A DNA stretch of 64,000 bases from Clostridiales bacterium (GTDB lineage: Bacteria; Bacillota; Clostridia; Saccharofermentanales; Saccharofermentanaceae): positions 172 through 64,171 of the forward strand of contig JAGCSR010000054.1 in assembly GCA_017964005.1 (NCBI GenBank), in the 5' to 3' direction. This document shows, in pieces, positions 18,380-27,775 of the stretch (within the stretch, counting starts at the first letter, position 1; each line of letters opens with the position of its first letter). Position numbers and translations under genes: made by a program. Below the pieces are notes generated by a model. It was not told where the DNA came from. It saw only the letters and a program-made list of their open reading frames with translations, and searched no databases.

Positions 18380-18827
18380 ATTTGCGGATCAACTCCTCTT
18401 CAAGTATTGCCTTGTAGTCATCACCAATATCCATCGGTTTTGCAAGACTCATCAATTTCTCGAATGCTTCCTGCTTCCTCTTCAACTCTTCTTCATACAA
18501 AGCATCGGCATATGCTTTGATCCTCTTGAGGCTCTCATCGCTCAAAGACTCCATTACTCCGTTGATCTCCAAAGTCGTGGCATGTTCAGGCTCAAAAAAT
18601 GCAGGGATTACCGTAAGGGTATAACCCATCGTGTTGAGCATCTTCATCAATGTCTCAAGTCTCGGGTCCGTGCTCTTGTTCTCGATCCTTCCGACTGCTG
18701 CCTGGTGGAGCCCTGACTTCTTTGCAAGTTCTGCCTGGGACATGCGCTTATATTTCCTGACTTTGATGAAGTCGTCGATCAGGGCATCGCTTAATCTGGC
18801 GGGTTTGGATTCTGCATTTATTGCCAT
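18363..18827 (-). CDS. XRE-family HTH protein, probable antitoxin
   Basis: MSQAELAKKSGLHQAAVGRIE; overlaps the PIN gene; start set at 18827 (GGAGG RBS). Confidence 0.8.
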   Translation of the reverse strand: MAINAESKPARLSDALIDDFIKVRKYKRMSQAELAKKSGLHQAAVGRIENKSTDPRLETLMKMLNTMGYTLTVIPAFFEPEHATTLEINGVMESLSDESLKRIKAYADALYEEELKRKQEAFEKLMSLAKPMDIGDDYKAILEEELIRKYEGLD

Positions 18828-18915
18828 ATCGATATCCTCCTTATTCGTTATTACAATAACAATTTCGATATTATAACGCGTGAGAAAGAGAGAATCAATA
18901 TTATTGCCGGAACAT

Positions 18916-18946
18916 AAAAATGCCCGGCTCGTCTGAACCGGGCATT
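18916..18946 (-). terminator. Intrinsic terminator after acyl-CoA synthetase
   Basis: AATGCCCGG/CCGGGCATT stem with U-tail on the minus strand. Confidence 0.7.
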
Positions 18947-18967
18947 GACCGTTTGATTTATTTAAGA

Positions 18968-21346
18968 TCAATCCTTCTTGGATGTATCCAGGGAATCCTG
19001 AGTCGTGACGTTGTCCTTGGCTTCGCCCCTGATGGCGGCGCGGCGGATCTTGCCGCTGATGGTCTTGGGGAGTTCGTCAACGAATTCCACGATACGGGGA
19101 TACTTATAAGGAGCAGTCTTTTCCTTGACGTAGTTCTGGATCTCTTTTACGAGTTCGTCGGAGGGTTCGCGGGAGCCCTTAACGAGAGTAATGGAAGCCT
19201 TTACTACGATGCCTCTTACACCCTGAGGGTCAGGCGCGCCTGTTACGGCACACTCTAATACGTAAGGGAGCTCCATAATGACATTCTCTATCTCGAAAGG
19301 TCCGATCCTGTAGCCTGAGGATTTAATAACATCGTCGGTACGTCCGACGTACCAGATGAAGCCGTCCTCGTCCTGCCAAGCGGTGTCGCCCGTATGGTAC
19401 CACCCGTCGTGCCATGCTTCGTTGGTGAGGTCGGGCGCGAGATAGTACTGAAGGAAGAGTCCCTTAGGATGGTAGTTCTGTGTGTTGATGCAGATCTCAC
19501 CGGTCTCACCGGGCTTGCAGAAATTGCCGTCGGGATCCAAGATCTTGACATCGTAAAGGGGATTGGGCTTACCCATGGATCCGATACGGAGCTTCGATCC
19601 TACAAGGTTTGCGATGGCAAGTGTTGTCTCTGTCTGGCCGAAACCTTCCATCAGACGGATACCTGTTGCTGCCATGAAGCGGTTGAATACTTCAGGGTTC
19701 AAAGCTTCGCCTGCCGTTACGGCATACTTCAGTGAGGACAGGTCGTACTTGGACAGGTCTTCCTTGATGAAGAATCTGAACATGGTAGGCGGAGCGCAGA
19801 ATGTCGTGATGTTGTACTTGGCGAACATGGGCAGGATCTCTTCAGCCTTGAAGCGGTCGAAGTCGAATGTGAAGACGGGAGCTTCGCAGAGCCACTGTCC
19901 GTAGAGCTTGCCCCAGAGAGCTTTTCCCCAGCCCGTATCGGAGATGGAGAAGTGGAGTCCGTTGGGATCTACGTTCTGCCAATATTTTGCAGTCGTGATG
20001 TGACCGATCGCATACATGTATGAATGCAGAGCCATCTTGGGGTAGCCTGTCGTTCCTGATGTGAAGAACATGACCATGGGGTCGTAACCGCAGGCATAAT
20101 CTTCAGGTCTTTCAAATACATCAGGGAAGTTCTTGAACTCTTCGTTGAAATCGTGCCAACCTTCTCTTTGTCCGTTGCAGATGATGAGGGTCTCTACTCC
20201 GCATGCCTTTGCTGCCTTCTCGGCTTCGACTGCAGCATCGTCATCAGCGGTACAGAATACGGCCTTTACGCCTGCTGCATTGAAGCGGTATTCGTAGTCG
20301 TGGTCACGGAGAAGATGGGTTGCAGGGATCGCAACAGCACCGATCTTCTCGAGACCGATCATGGCGAACCAGAACTGATAGTGGCGCTTTAATACGAGTA
20401 CTACCTTGTCGCCCTTCTTGATGCCCAGAGACTTAAAGTAGTTTGCGGTCATGTTGGAATAGCGCTTCATGTCTCCGAAGGTGAAGATCCTGTCAGTAAC
20501 GCAGTCTTTTGCGACCCAGACCATGGCAGTCTTGTCAGGGTTCTTGTCGGCGATAACGTCAACGCAGTCGAAAGCGAAGTTGAACTTCTTACATGCGGGG
20601 ACATCGATATCAACATCCACGAGCTGGCCGTCCTCACCGAGAACGCCGTTTAAGTAATGGGTATAAACTGCATCTTCAAGGTTGGCGGCATCAACATTGG
20701 TGACGTTGTCCGTACGGATCTCTTCGGAGTTATAAGGGGTGGTGAAGTTCTCACCCTTGCCCCAGGATTCAGGGTTGAGGATGATCGCATAGAACTCGCA
20801 GTCCTCGCCGCCCAATGCGAATTCGGCGTGGGGCTTGGTGGAGTCGAAGTAGATGGAATCTCCTTCATGAAGGACTTCGGAGGAATCTCCGACGATGACC
20901 TTCAAGGTTCCTTTTACGACGATATTGAGTTCCTGATAGTTATGTGTAACGAGATGGTAAGGCGGATTCAAAGCATCCTCTGAATAAGGCACTACGACAC
21001 GGAAAGGCTCGCAGAGCTTGTTCTTGAATCTTGAAGCCAGACGCTGGTAAAGATAACCGGTACGTCTTGTGATCGGGCTTCCCTGACCTTTTCTTGTTAC
21101 CGCGTATTCGGTAAGTGCAGGAGAAGATCCTTCCATGATGTCTGAGATCTCAACACCTGCAAGATTTGCGAACTTATAAACGAAAGTAAAGTTCAGATCT
21201 TCCGTACCTGACTCGAATTTCAAGTATTCTTCCGTAGTCAGATCGATCTTTCCGGCAACCTGCTCGGGAGTCATGTTCATCTCTTCTCGCAGTGCTTTAA
21301 CGCGGCCTGCGATCTCTTTGAGTTTTGTTTCGACACTGTTTGTCAT
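18968..21346 (-). CDS. XRE-HTH + cupin + acyl-CoA synthetase (AMP-binding) fusion
   Basis: N-terminal HTH, cupin GDSIYFDSTKPH, FTSGTTGYPK, GFGQTET, YHTGD, PKTISGKI. Confidence 0.9.
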   Translation of the reverse strand: MTNSVETKLKEIAGRVKALREEMNMTPEQVAGKIDLTTEEYLKFESGTEDLNFTFVYKFANLAGVEISDIMEGSSPALTEYAVTRKGQGSPITRRTGYLYQRLASRFKNKLCEPFRVVVPYSEDALNPPYHLVTHNYQELNIVVKGTLKVIVGDSSEVLHEGDSIYFDSTKPHAEFALGGEDCEFYAIILNPESWGKGENFTTPYNSEEIRTDNVTNVDAANLEDAVYTHYLNGVLGEDGQLVDVDIDVPACKKFNFAFDCVDVIADKNPDKTAMVWVAKDCVTDRIFTFGDMKRYSNMTANYFKSLGIKKGDKVVLVLKRHYQFWFAMIGLEKIGAVAIPATHLLRDHDYEYRFNAAGVKAVFCTADDDAAVEAEKAAKACGVETLIICNGQREGWHDFNEEFKNFPDVFERPEDYACGYDPMVMFFTSGTTGYPKMALHSYMYAIGHITTAKYWQNVDPNGLHFSISDTGWGKALWGKLYGQWLCEAPVFTFDFDRFKAEEILPMFAKYNITTFCAPPTMFRFFIKEDLSKYDLSSLKYAVTAGEALNPEVFNRFMAATGIRLMEGFGQTETTLAIANLVGSKLRIGSMGKPNPLYDVKILDPDGNFCKPGETGEICINTQNYHPKGLFLQYYLAPDLTNEAWHDGWYHTGDTAWQDEDGFIWYVGRTDDVIKSSGYRIGPFEIENVIMELPYVLECAVTGAPDPQGVRGIVVKASITLVKGSREPSDELVKEIQNYVKEKTAPYKYPRIVEFVDELPKTISGKIRRAAIRGEAKDNVTTQDSLDTSKKD

Positions 21347-21410
21347 GTTCTTAAACCTCCTAAGTTTAAATAAATGTTCCTTGTGTCAGTGTCTTGAGAT
21401 CGTTGCAAAT

Positions 21411-21690
21411 AAAAAATCCCAATATCCCTCTGACTTAGGGATATTGAGACGAATTACCGCGGTACCACTCAATTTGCGTATCCTGGGATACACCACTTAC
21501 AAGGTCTAACAACCTCTCTGCCTTAACGCGGCATTCACGGGTACCGTCTACTCTGATCCCGAAGGATCAATTCGGGGTACCGGCTCGGAAGCGATGATCA
21601 TTGGTGACGTTCATCTGCCGCATCTCAGCTGCCGCGGCTCTCTGTGAGAATCGCACTTCACCGACCTTCTTCGTCAAAGCCTTTACGATA
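21411..21690 (-). ncRNA. T-box riboswitch, probable specifier AUC (Ile), with terminator
   Basis: Minus strand: AGAGA and GCUGAGA distal motifs, AGUA box, T-box AAUUGAGUGGUACCGCG (21474-21458), terminator CAAUAUCCCU/AGGGAUAUUG + U6. Confidence 0.9.
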
Positions 21691-21703
21691 TGAAGTTAGG
21701 ACA

Positions 21704-21732
21704 AGGATAATACCAAGACCTTTTTTTGTCAA
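21704..21732 (-). promoter_or_regulatory. SigA promoter for the T-box leader
   Basis: TTGACA-17-TATCCT on the minus strand. Confidence 0.65.
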
Positions 21733-21878
21733 CAGAAACATTTACATTTAATTAATAAAATTTTGATTTGAGCCCGCTCCGCATATATTCAAATTCGAAT
21801 AAAGGATGGTAAAATATATATAGTCCGTCAGTGTGGACATTTGTATGACCGCACTTGATAAAGATCGGAGGACGGCTT

Positions 21879-23924
21879 ATGTATTCTGAATATCTGGTAA
21901 CAGGCGGTGCCGGGGCGCTCGGCAAACTGATCATCGGCATGCTCCTTGAACAAGGCGCGAAGGTCCGAATATTGATGTCTGAGAAGGCGGATGTGTCGGA
22001 TTACCTGGATACGAATCTCAAGATCTGCTACGGTATATCGACGGACAAGGAATCCATGACGGAGTTTTTCGATCTTGAGGATCCCAGGCATTCTGTTCTT
22101 ATCCATGCAGACGAATATATCTCCATGTCTCCCGAGAGCAACCTCATAATGAGACGTGTTAATGTCACAGGCGCTCAGAACATTGTCGATATGTGTCTTA
22201 AGCGCAAGGTCGGCCGTCTCGTATATCTTGGTTCCGCATATGCTCTCGATTCTTCGGTAAGAGGCGAAGGCGTATCTATCCATTTTGACAGGAACAAGGC
22301 GGAAGGCGATTATGCCAAGACCAAGGCAGAGGCTGCCGCATACATCCTTGAGAAAGTCGCTCTCAACAGACTCAATGCCGTTATGGCTCTTCCCACATTC
22401 ATCATCGGTCCCGGTTACTCACAGGACTATGAGATCAATAAGATCCTGAACAGTTATCTTAAGGGTGTACACCCGGTCAAGGGCGGCGGACATGCTTTCG
22501 TTGATGTAAGAGATGTTGCTACTGCGATGGTATCCCTTACCGACGAAGGTGAACCCGGATCAGGTTACATCATCAGCGGTGAGTACAAGACCAGTATGGA
22601 ATTTTTCGAGAAGGTCAACGAGATCGAAGGTATCGATGCTCCGATCAAGACCGCGTCACGCTTCCTGATGAGCAAGCCTTTGTCCAAGTTTGTTGATGCT
22701 TACTACAGAAGGACACACAAGGATAATCCCAAGCACGTATATGCCCTGTTCCAGGACAACCCCGATTCCAAGTACGAAGGAACCGGCGCGATGTACATGA
22801 ACGACGGCAACGTGGACTTCGATCAGTCCATCGGTGACAGTATCGACTTCCTTAAGACCGGAACAGTATCCGGAGCTTCAATGGCGGATATCGCAGCTGA
22901 TACCGCGGCAGGTCCTGCTGAGAGAGGTTCTGCTACTGCTGCCATAGTTGCCGCAAGGTCTGCTATCGAGACTAAGGAAGAAGACAAGAAGGAAGAAGAA
23001 CCCGTCAAGGAGAAAGAAGAGGCTGCCGAAGAACCAAAGGAAGAGAAGAAGGAGAATAAATACGCTCCCCGTAAGGCATTCTTCACCAGGGGTGTCGCTG
23101 AAGGCACGGTAGAGATCAAGAAGGATAAGGAAGACAAGAAGGACGAAGAGGACAAGAAGGAATCTGAGTCTGAGGATAAGGCTGAAGCAGAAGCTGCGGA
23201 AGAAGCAAAAGATAAGGTTGAAGAGATCGCAGAAGACAAGGCTGAAGAAGCAGCAGAAGAAATCGCAGCTGACGTTGAAGAGGCTGCTGAGGAAGCGGTT
23301 GAAACAGCTGAAGAAGCAGTTGAGGAACCGGCAGAAGAGACTGAAGAAACTGCCGGAGAAGATGTTCCCGAGACCGAAGAAGAGATCTCTGATTCTGCAG
23401 AAGATACTGCAGATGAGTCTGTAGAGACTGAAGAAGAGGCGGAAGGCGCAGAGGCAACAGAAGAAGTTGCAGAAGAAGAGGCAGCAGACGCGGATATCGT
23501 TGTTGAAGCAGAAGATGCCGAAGCAGCGGATGTAGTAATAGAGGCGGAAGACGCGATCATTGAAGCGGCAGAAGAAGCCGCAACAGAAGAGGCGGCAGAC
23601 GCAGAAGACGAGCCGGTCATCGAAGATGAGGCCGAAGCTGAAGGTTCCGAACCCGAGATGATCACAGACGCTGTCATAGAAGAAGATGAAGCGGTTGTAG
23701 TCGAAGCTGCGGAAGAAGATGCAGCTGAGACCAAAGATGATGTCGAAGAAGGATCTGACGTTGAAGTCATCTCTGAGGATTCCGGCTCCGATAATGAAGC
23801 AAAAGAAGAGGCTCTGCCTACATTGACAAGACCTATATGGGAGACAATGCCTCCGATCACGGATCCTGATGAACTCTTCCTGGATCTTGATGATCTTGAC
23901 GGCGGTAATAACGATAATCCATGA
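21879..23924 (+). CDS. NAD-dependent epimerase/dehydratase (extended SDR) with long Glu/Ala-rich C-terminal tail
   Basis: VTGGAGALG, NVTGA, YAKTK, FVDVRDVA; low-complexity acidic tail. Confidence 0.82.
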   Translation: MYSEYLVTGGAGALGKLIIGMLLEQGAKVRILMSEKADVSDYLDTNLKICYGISTDKESMTEFFDLEDPRHSVLIHADEYISMSPESNLIMRRVNVTGAQNIVDMCLKRKVGRLVYLGSAYALDSSVRGEGVSIHFDRNKAEGDYAKTKAEAAAYILEKVALNRLNAVMALPTFIIGPGYSQDYEINKILNSYLKGVHPVKGGGHAFVDVRDVATAMVSLTDEGEPGSGYIISGEYKTSMEFFEKVNEIEGIDAPIKTASRFLMSKPLSKFVDAYYRRTHKDNPKHVYALFQDNPDSKYEGTGAMYMNDGNVDFDQSIGDSIDFLKTGTVSGASMADIAADTAAGPAERGSATAAIVAARSAIETKEEDKKEEEPVKEKEEAAEEPKEEKKENKYAPRKAFFTRGVAEGTVEIKKDKEDKKDEEDKKESESEDKAEAEAAEEAKDKVEEIAEDKAEEAAEEIAADVEEAAEEAVETAEEAVEEPAEETEETAGEDVPETEEEISDSAEDTADESVETEEEAEGAEATEEVAEEEAADADIVVEAEDAEAADVVIEAEDAIIEAAEEAATEEAADAEDEPVIEDEAEAEGSEPEMITDAVIEEDEAVVVEAAEEDAAETKDDVEEGSDVEVISEDSGSDNEAKEEALPTLTRPIWETMPPITDPDELFLDLDDLDGGNNDNP

Positions 23925-24502
23925 AGGTAATACTGGCAAGCCTCTCACCGAGGCGAAAGGAATTAATGAATCTCATAATCGGCGGTTTTGATATCGAAGC
24001 CGCCGATATTGATGAACGCGCAATAGAAGAATCCCTTACGGGAACAGATCCCGTGAAGGTCAGCGAAGCCCTTGCTTTGGAGAAAGCTCTTGTAATCGCA
24101 AAGGCACACCCGGATGATGTGGTTATCGGAGCGGATACTTCCGTTATCGCCAACGGTAAGATCCTGGGCAAACCCCGGGACCGCGAAGAAGCTAAGGAGA
24201 TGCTTACGGAACTGTCCGGAATAGAACATGTCGTGGCAACGGGTGTGGCAGTTATCCAGGGTGAGAAGATAATATCGTTTACTGAAGAGACCAAGGTAAA
24301 GTTTTGGGATCTTGATCCTTATATGGAGCAAAAGATAGAAGAGTATATTGATTCAGATGATCCCTACGACAAAGCGGGCGGATACGGCATACAGACCAAA
24401 GGTGCTCTGCTCGTAGAGAAGATCGACGGAGATTATCTTAATGTTGTGGGACTGCCTGTGGCACGTCTGGCAAGAGTCCTGTCAGAGATGGGTGTTGGTT
24501 GA
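23921..24502 (+). CDS. maf: Maf nucleotide pyrophosphatase
   Basis: ILASLSPRR, GADT, ILGKP, DKAGGYGIQ, NVVGLP. Confidence 0.93.
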   Translation: MKVILASLSPRRKELMNLIIGGFDIEAADIDERAIEESLTGTDPVKVSEALALEKALVIAKAHPDDVVIGADTSVIANGKILGKPRDREEAKEMLTELSGIEHVVATGVAVIQGEKIISFTEETKVKFWDLDPYMEQKIEEYIDSDDPYDKAGGYGIQTKGALLVEKIDGDYLNVVGLPVARLARVLSEMGVG

Positions 24503-24512
24503 GATCCGAAGA

Positions 24513-26360
24513 TCAATTCATAAGTGACTGAATAAAACGGTCGCCCCTCACTTCTTCAGACATATATGTTCCCTGGAAATAATCACATCCGGCGCCGGCT
24601 AAGTAGTTATACTGTTCGGCGTTTTCTATGCCGGTCGCACAGACGTTGATGTCTATATCGTGAAGAACGGATATTACGGAAGATGTAAGGATCCTGACGT
24701 CCGAACGGGTAGGAAGGTTAGATGTGAAAGATGCATCCAGCTTTACTACGGATATCGGAAGCAACGGGATCGTGTTGAAGGAGGAGTATCCGGATCCGAA
24801 GTTATTAAGTGCCATGCGGACCCCCATTCCGGAAAGTTTCTCGATCGTATTCCTGATGTCATCCAGCTCGGACAGCAATGTTGACTCGGGGACATCAAGG
24901 ATGAGATTTGCAATGGATGCGCCTGAATTGGAGATCGCGTTGTTGAATTGAGCTATGAAGTCAGGCAGGCAGAACTGCGATGCGGATATGTTGAGGTTCA
25001 GGGACAGTTCCGGAATGATCTCGTTGGCCCGGGCGATAACACCGAGGGCTTCTTCCAGGGAGAACGAACCGATTCTGTTCATGTAGCCCGCATGTTCGGC
25101 AGCCGCCAGGAATATTGAAGGCGGGACGAGATCGTCACCTTTGCGCAGCCTTAAGAAAGCCTCTATACCCAGGAGCTTGCGCTCTGAGGTGTAGTAAGGC
25201 TGATAGGACATGTAGAGGTTCCCCGATGAGATGGCCTCCTCGAAAACTGAGATGATCTCATCTCTGGACATTCCCTCAAACGAGAAAGCCTCGGAGGGGT
25301 TGGCAGGAACCAGAGCTGATGATGCCTGCCTGTTGTCGGGGATCGAAGGATAACTGACCTTATCCGTATTGTCGTAACAGATCTTGCGGTTCAGCTCGGC
25401 ATGGTTGATAAGAGAACCGCCGTCCCTTCCCTGTGCCGGATAAGAAGCGGTGCCGTAAGATATTACCGCAGGAAGAGAATCGAGACCTGCGCAAAGAGCG
25501 CGGAGCATTCTCCTGGTGAGCTTGTCGATATATGCTTCCAGCTTATCTTCAGGAAGGATCCTCTTGGACAGGATAATGAACTGCGCATCAGTGGCGCGGG
25601 CCAGCATGTCCGAAGGATCGCATGCCTCTCTGAGCCTGTGGGAAATGTTCTGAATGAACAGATCCATATTGCAGTTGCCGGTGATGTCGGCAAGCTTGGA
25701 TGCGTTGTCGATCGAAAGATATATAACCATGAATTTGGAATCTGTGGTGTATGAAGAATTGTCGTTCCTGGAAGATGCCCCCATGATCAGGCGGTCGATC
25801 TTGTCGCGGATCATGTCGCGTCCCGGAAGAGTGGTCAGCGGGTCGAGATGAGGCATCACGGAATATTCGTAAACTGATGTTCCGTTGCTGTTGGCATTGT
25901 TGTAATTCTGTATAAGAGAGGGGCGCTCGTTCATGTCTTTCTCCAAAGACCTGGAGATCTCGTCGGAGCGTTCTTTCTTCTTCTTTTCGCGTTCGTCGGT
26001 AGCCTGCGACAGGATCCTGATCCTGTAGAACTGCAAAGCGAGGTTGATCACCATGATCAGGAATGTTCCGACGAGTAGAAGTCGTGAAGAATCCCTGCCT
26101 AGTGTTGCGATCTCATAGATGTAGATCATCGACTGGATGAAGTTCAGAGCGAATGATGCATAGAATCCGAACTTATCGTAAAGAAGGTTTATCGCGAACG
26201 ATATGAGCATCGTCGAGAACAGGAATATGATGGAATAAAAGTCACTCCTCAGAACGCAATGGAGCGCAAGGAGCGCGACAAACCCCAAAGTAAGGATTAT
26301 CAAAGTGATGAAGTATATAGCCTTCCCTGACAGGAAGGATCTCTCGTTGCCTCTTGCCAC
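24513..26360 (-). CDS. Membrane-anchored GGDEF-EAL protein with degenerate motifs
   Basis: DPLTTLP, RATDAQF, YQP, EAFLR, ALNNFGSGYSS, QG. Confidence 0.8.
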   Translation of the reverse strand: MARGNERSFLSGKAIYFITLIILTLGFVALLALHCVLRSDFYSIIFLFSTMLISFAINLLYDKFGFYASFALNFIQSMIYIYEIATLGRDSSRLLLVGTFLIMVINLALQFYRIRILSQATDEREKKKKERSDEISRSLEKDMNERPSLIQNYNNANSNGTSVYEYSVMPHLDPLTTLPGRDMIRDKIDRLIMGASSRNDNSSYTTDSKFMVIYLSIDNASKLADITGNCNMDLFIQNISHRLREACDPSDMLARATDAQFIILSKRILPEDKLEAYIDKLTRRMLRALCAGLDSLPAVISYGTASYPAQGRDGGSLINHAELNRKICYDNTDKVSYPSIPDNRQASSALVPANPSEAFSFEGMSRDEIISVFEEAISSGNLYMSYQPYYTSERKLLGIEAFLRLRKGDDLVPPSIFLAAAEHAGYMNRIGSFSLEEALGVIARANEIIPELSLNLNISASQFCLPDFIAQFNNAISNSGASIANLILDVPESTLLSELDDIRNTIEKLSGMGVRMALNNFGSGYSSFNTIPLLPISVVKLDASFTSNLPTRSDVRILTSSVISVLHDIDINVCATGIENAEQYNYLAGAGCDYFQGTYMSEEVRGDRFIQSLMN

Positions 26361-26455
26361 CCGCTATTGTCCTCCGAATAGATGTATGGGACATCCCCCG
26401 AATATATTATCACAGGTATATTTTGCGAAAGTATTAAAGAAGCAATAATAAAACA

Positions 26456-27145
26456 TTACGATACGGGAAACTTAATTATCGACCAGTCACAGAAGTCAAG
26501 TTCTGACATTTCCGAAGTTCCGACCTTGTCATATACTCCGCATACGGCATACCCGGCAAGCTTTGCCGCCCGCAATGCATCCGGCACATCATCGAAAACG
26601 ATTATCTTCTTCGGGTCGTCTTCCATACCGCATGCTTTGGCAGCGGCAAGATAAAATTCCGGTCTTGTCTTGTCTGATGTGATGTCATCTGACGATCCGT
26701 GTTCCGCCAAAGTATAGACTCTCGTGAACAGGTCGAAGATCTTATTGTTCTTGAGCGCCGATGTGGCGTTGACTTCATCCAGCGCGGTTGCGGCGCCCAG
26801 GGTAATGCCGGCTTCCGCTGCAAGGTTCAGGAATTCGAAAGCTCCTTCCTTGAGCTTTATCTTGTGCGCATATTCATCACTTACGAAGTCGTGCCATTCG
26901 GCGATTACATCTTCGGGTCTCATATCCAGACCGAACCGTTCGATGGTATAAAGGGCTGAATTTTCGACGGAATTTGTCTTGACGAATTGAGTGTAATCCG
27001 GTGTGACCTCGAAACCGCGGCGTCCCAGGAAAGACTCGTCTGCCTTGACCCACGCGTCCATGGAATCAAGCAGGGTCCCGTCCAGATCGAACAGGAACCC
27101 CGTGAATCTTTGTGATAACTCTCTTGCGGAAGGAAGCGGGATCAT
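26456..27145 (-). CDS. HAD-IA family phosphatase
   Basis: FDLDGTLLDS, K..P, VFDD. Confidence 0.85.
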   Translation of the reverse strand: MIPLPSARELSQRFTGFLFDLDGTLLDSMDAWVKADESFLGRRGFEVTPDYTQFVKTNSVENSALYTIERFGLDMRPEDVIAEWHDFVSDEYAHKIKLKEGAFEFLNLAAEAGITLGAATALDEVNATSALKNNKIFDLFTRVYTLAEHGSSDDITSDKTRPEFYLAAAKACGMEDDPKKIIVFDDVPDALRAAKLAGYAVCGVYDKVGTSEMSELDFCDWSIIKFPVS

Positions 27146-27154
27146 GATGTGTGA

Positions 27155-27775
27155 TCAGTGCAGGAAATCGAGTTTGCCGGAGAGTGCTTCCAGCTGCTCT
27201 TCCTTGCGCTGATTGAAGAGCTTCTTATTGTCTTCGATCAGGTTGCCGCCGTATGAATCGATAGAAACTATGAGAGGTCCGAATCCTTTGACCTTAAGCT
27301 TCCACATTGCTTCGGGCATTCCGAGGTCCGCCCACTCAACACCTTCAACATCCAGCACTTCTTCTGCCGCGACTACGGCACAGCCGCCGGGGAAGATGGT
27401 ATGGACCGCGCAGTTGTCGATACAGCCCTGTGTGGTCTTGGGCCCCATGCCGCCCTTGCCGATGATCAGTTTGACGCCGGTCTTGGCAAGGAACTCCGCC
27501 TCGGCGCTCTCCATCCTCATGGAAGTGGTGGGGCCGACGGATACGACTTTGAACTTGTCGTCTCCTATCTTCTGCATGATGGGACCCGCGTGGAAGATCG
27601 CTTTGCCGGCAAGATCTACGGGAACTTCTCTGTTATCCTTGACTACCCTGTGGTGAACGTCGTCTCTTCCCGTTACCACATCACCCGTAAGGTATATGAC
27701 GTCACCGATATGTACTTTCCTGATATCCTCGTCTGTCAGAGGAGTCGTAAATTCGAATGTATGAAAATCGCTCAT
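27155..27775 (-). CDS. ttdB: L(+)-tartrate dehydratase beta subunit (class I fumarase-like)
   Basis: GRDDVH, HAGP, GPTTSMRME, GKGGM, GPLIVSIDS. Confidence 0.8.
   Translation of the reverse strand: MSDFHTFEFTTPLTDEDIRKVHIGDVIYLTGDVVTGRDDVHHRVVKDNREVPVDLAGKAIFHAGPIMQKIGDDKFKVVSVGPTTSMRMESAEAEFLAKTGVKLIIGKGGMGPKTTQGCIDNCAVHTIFPGGCAVVAAEEVLDVEGVEWADLGMPEAMWKLKVKGFGPLIVSIDSYGGNLIEDNKKLFNQRKEEQLEALSGKLDFLH

Noticed and set aside
22823-23948. Long Ser/Ala-rich and Phe/Cys-rich minus-strand ORFs (345 and 356 aa)
   Set aside because: Antisense shadows of the GAA/GCA-rich acidic tail of the SDR gene
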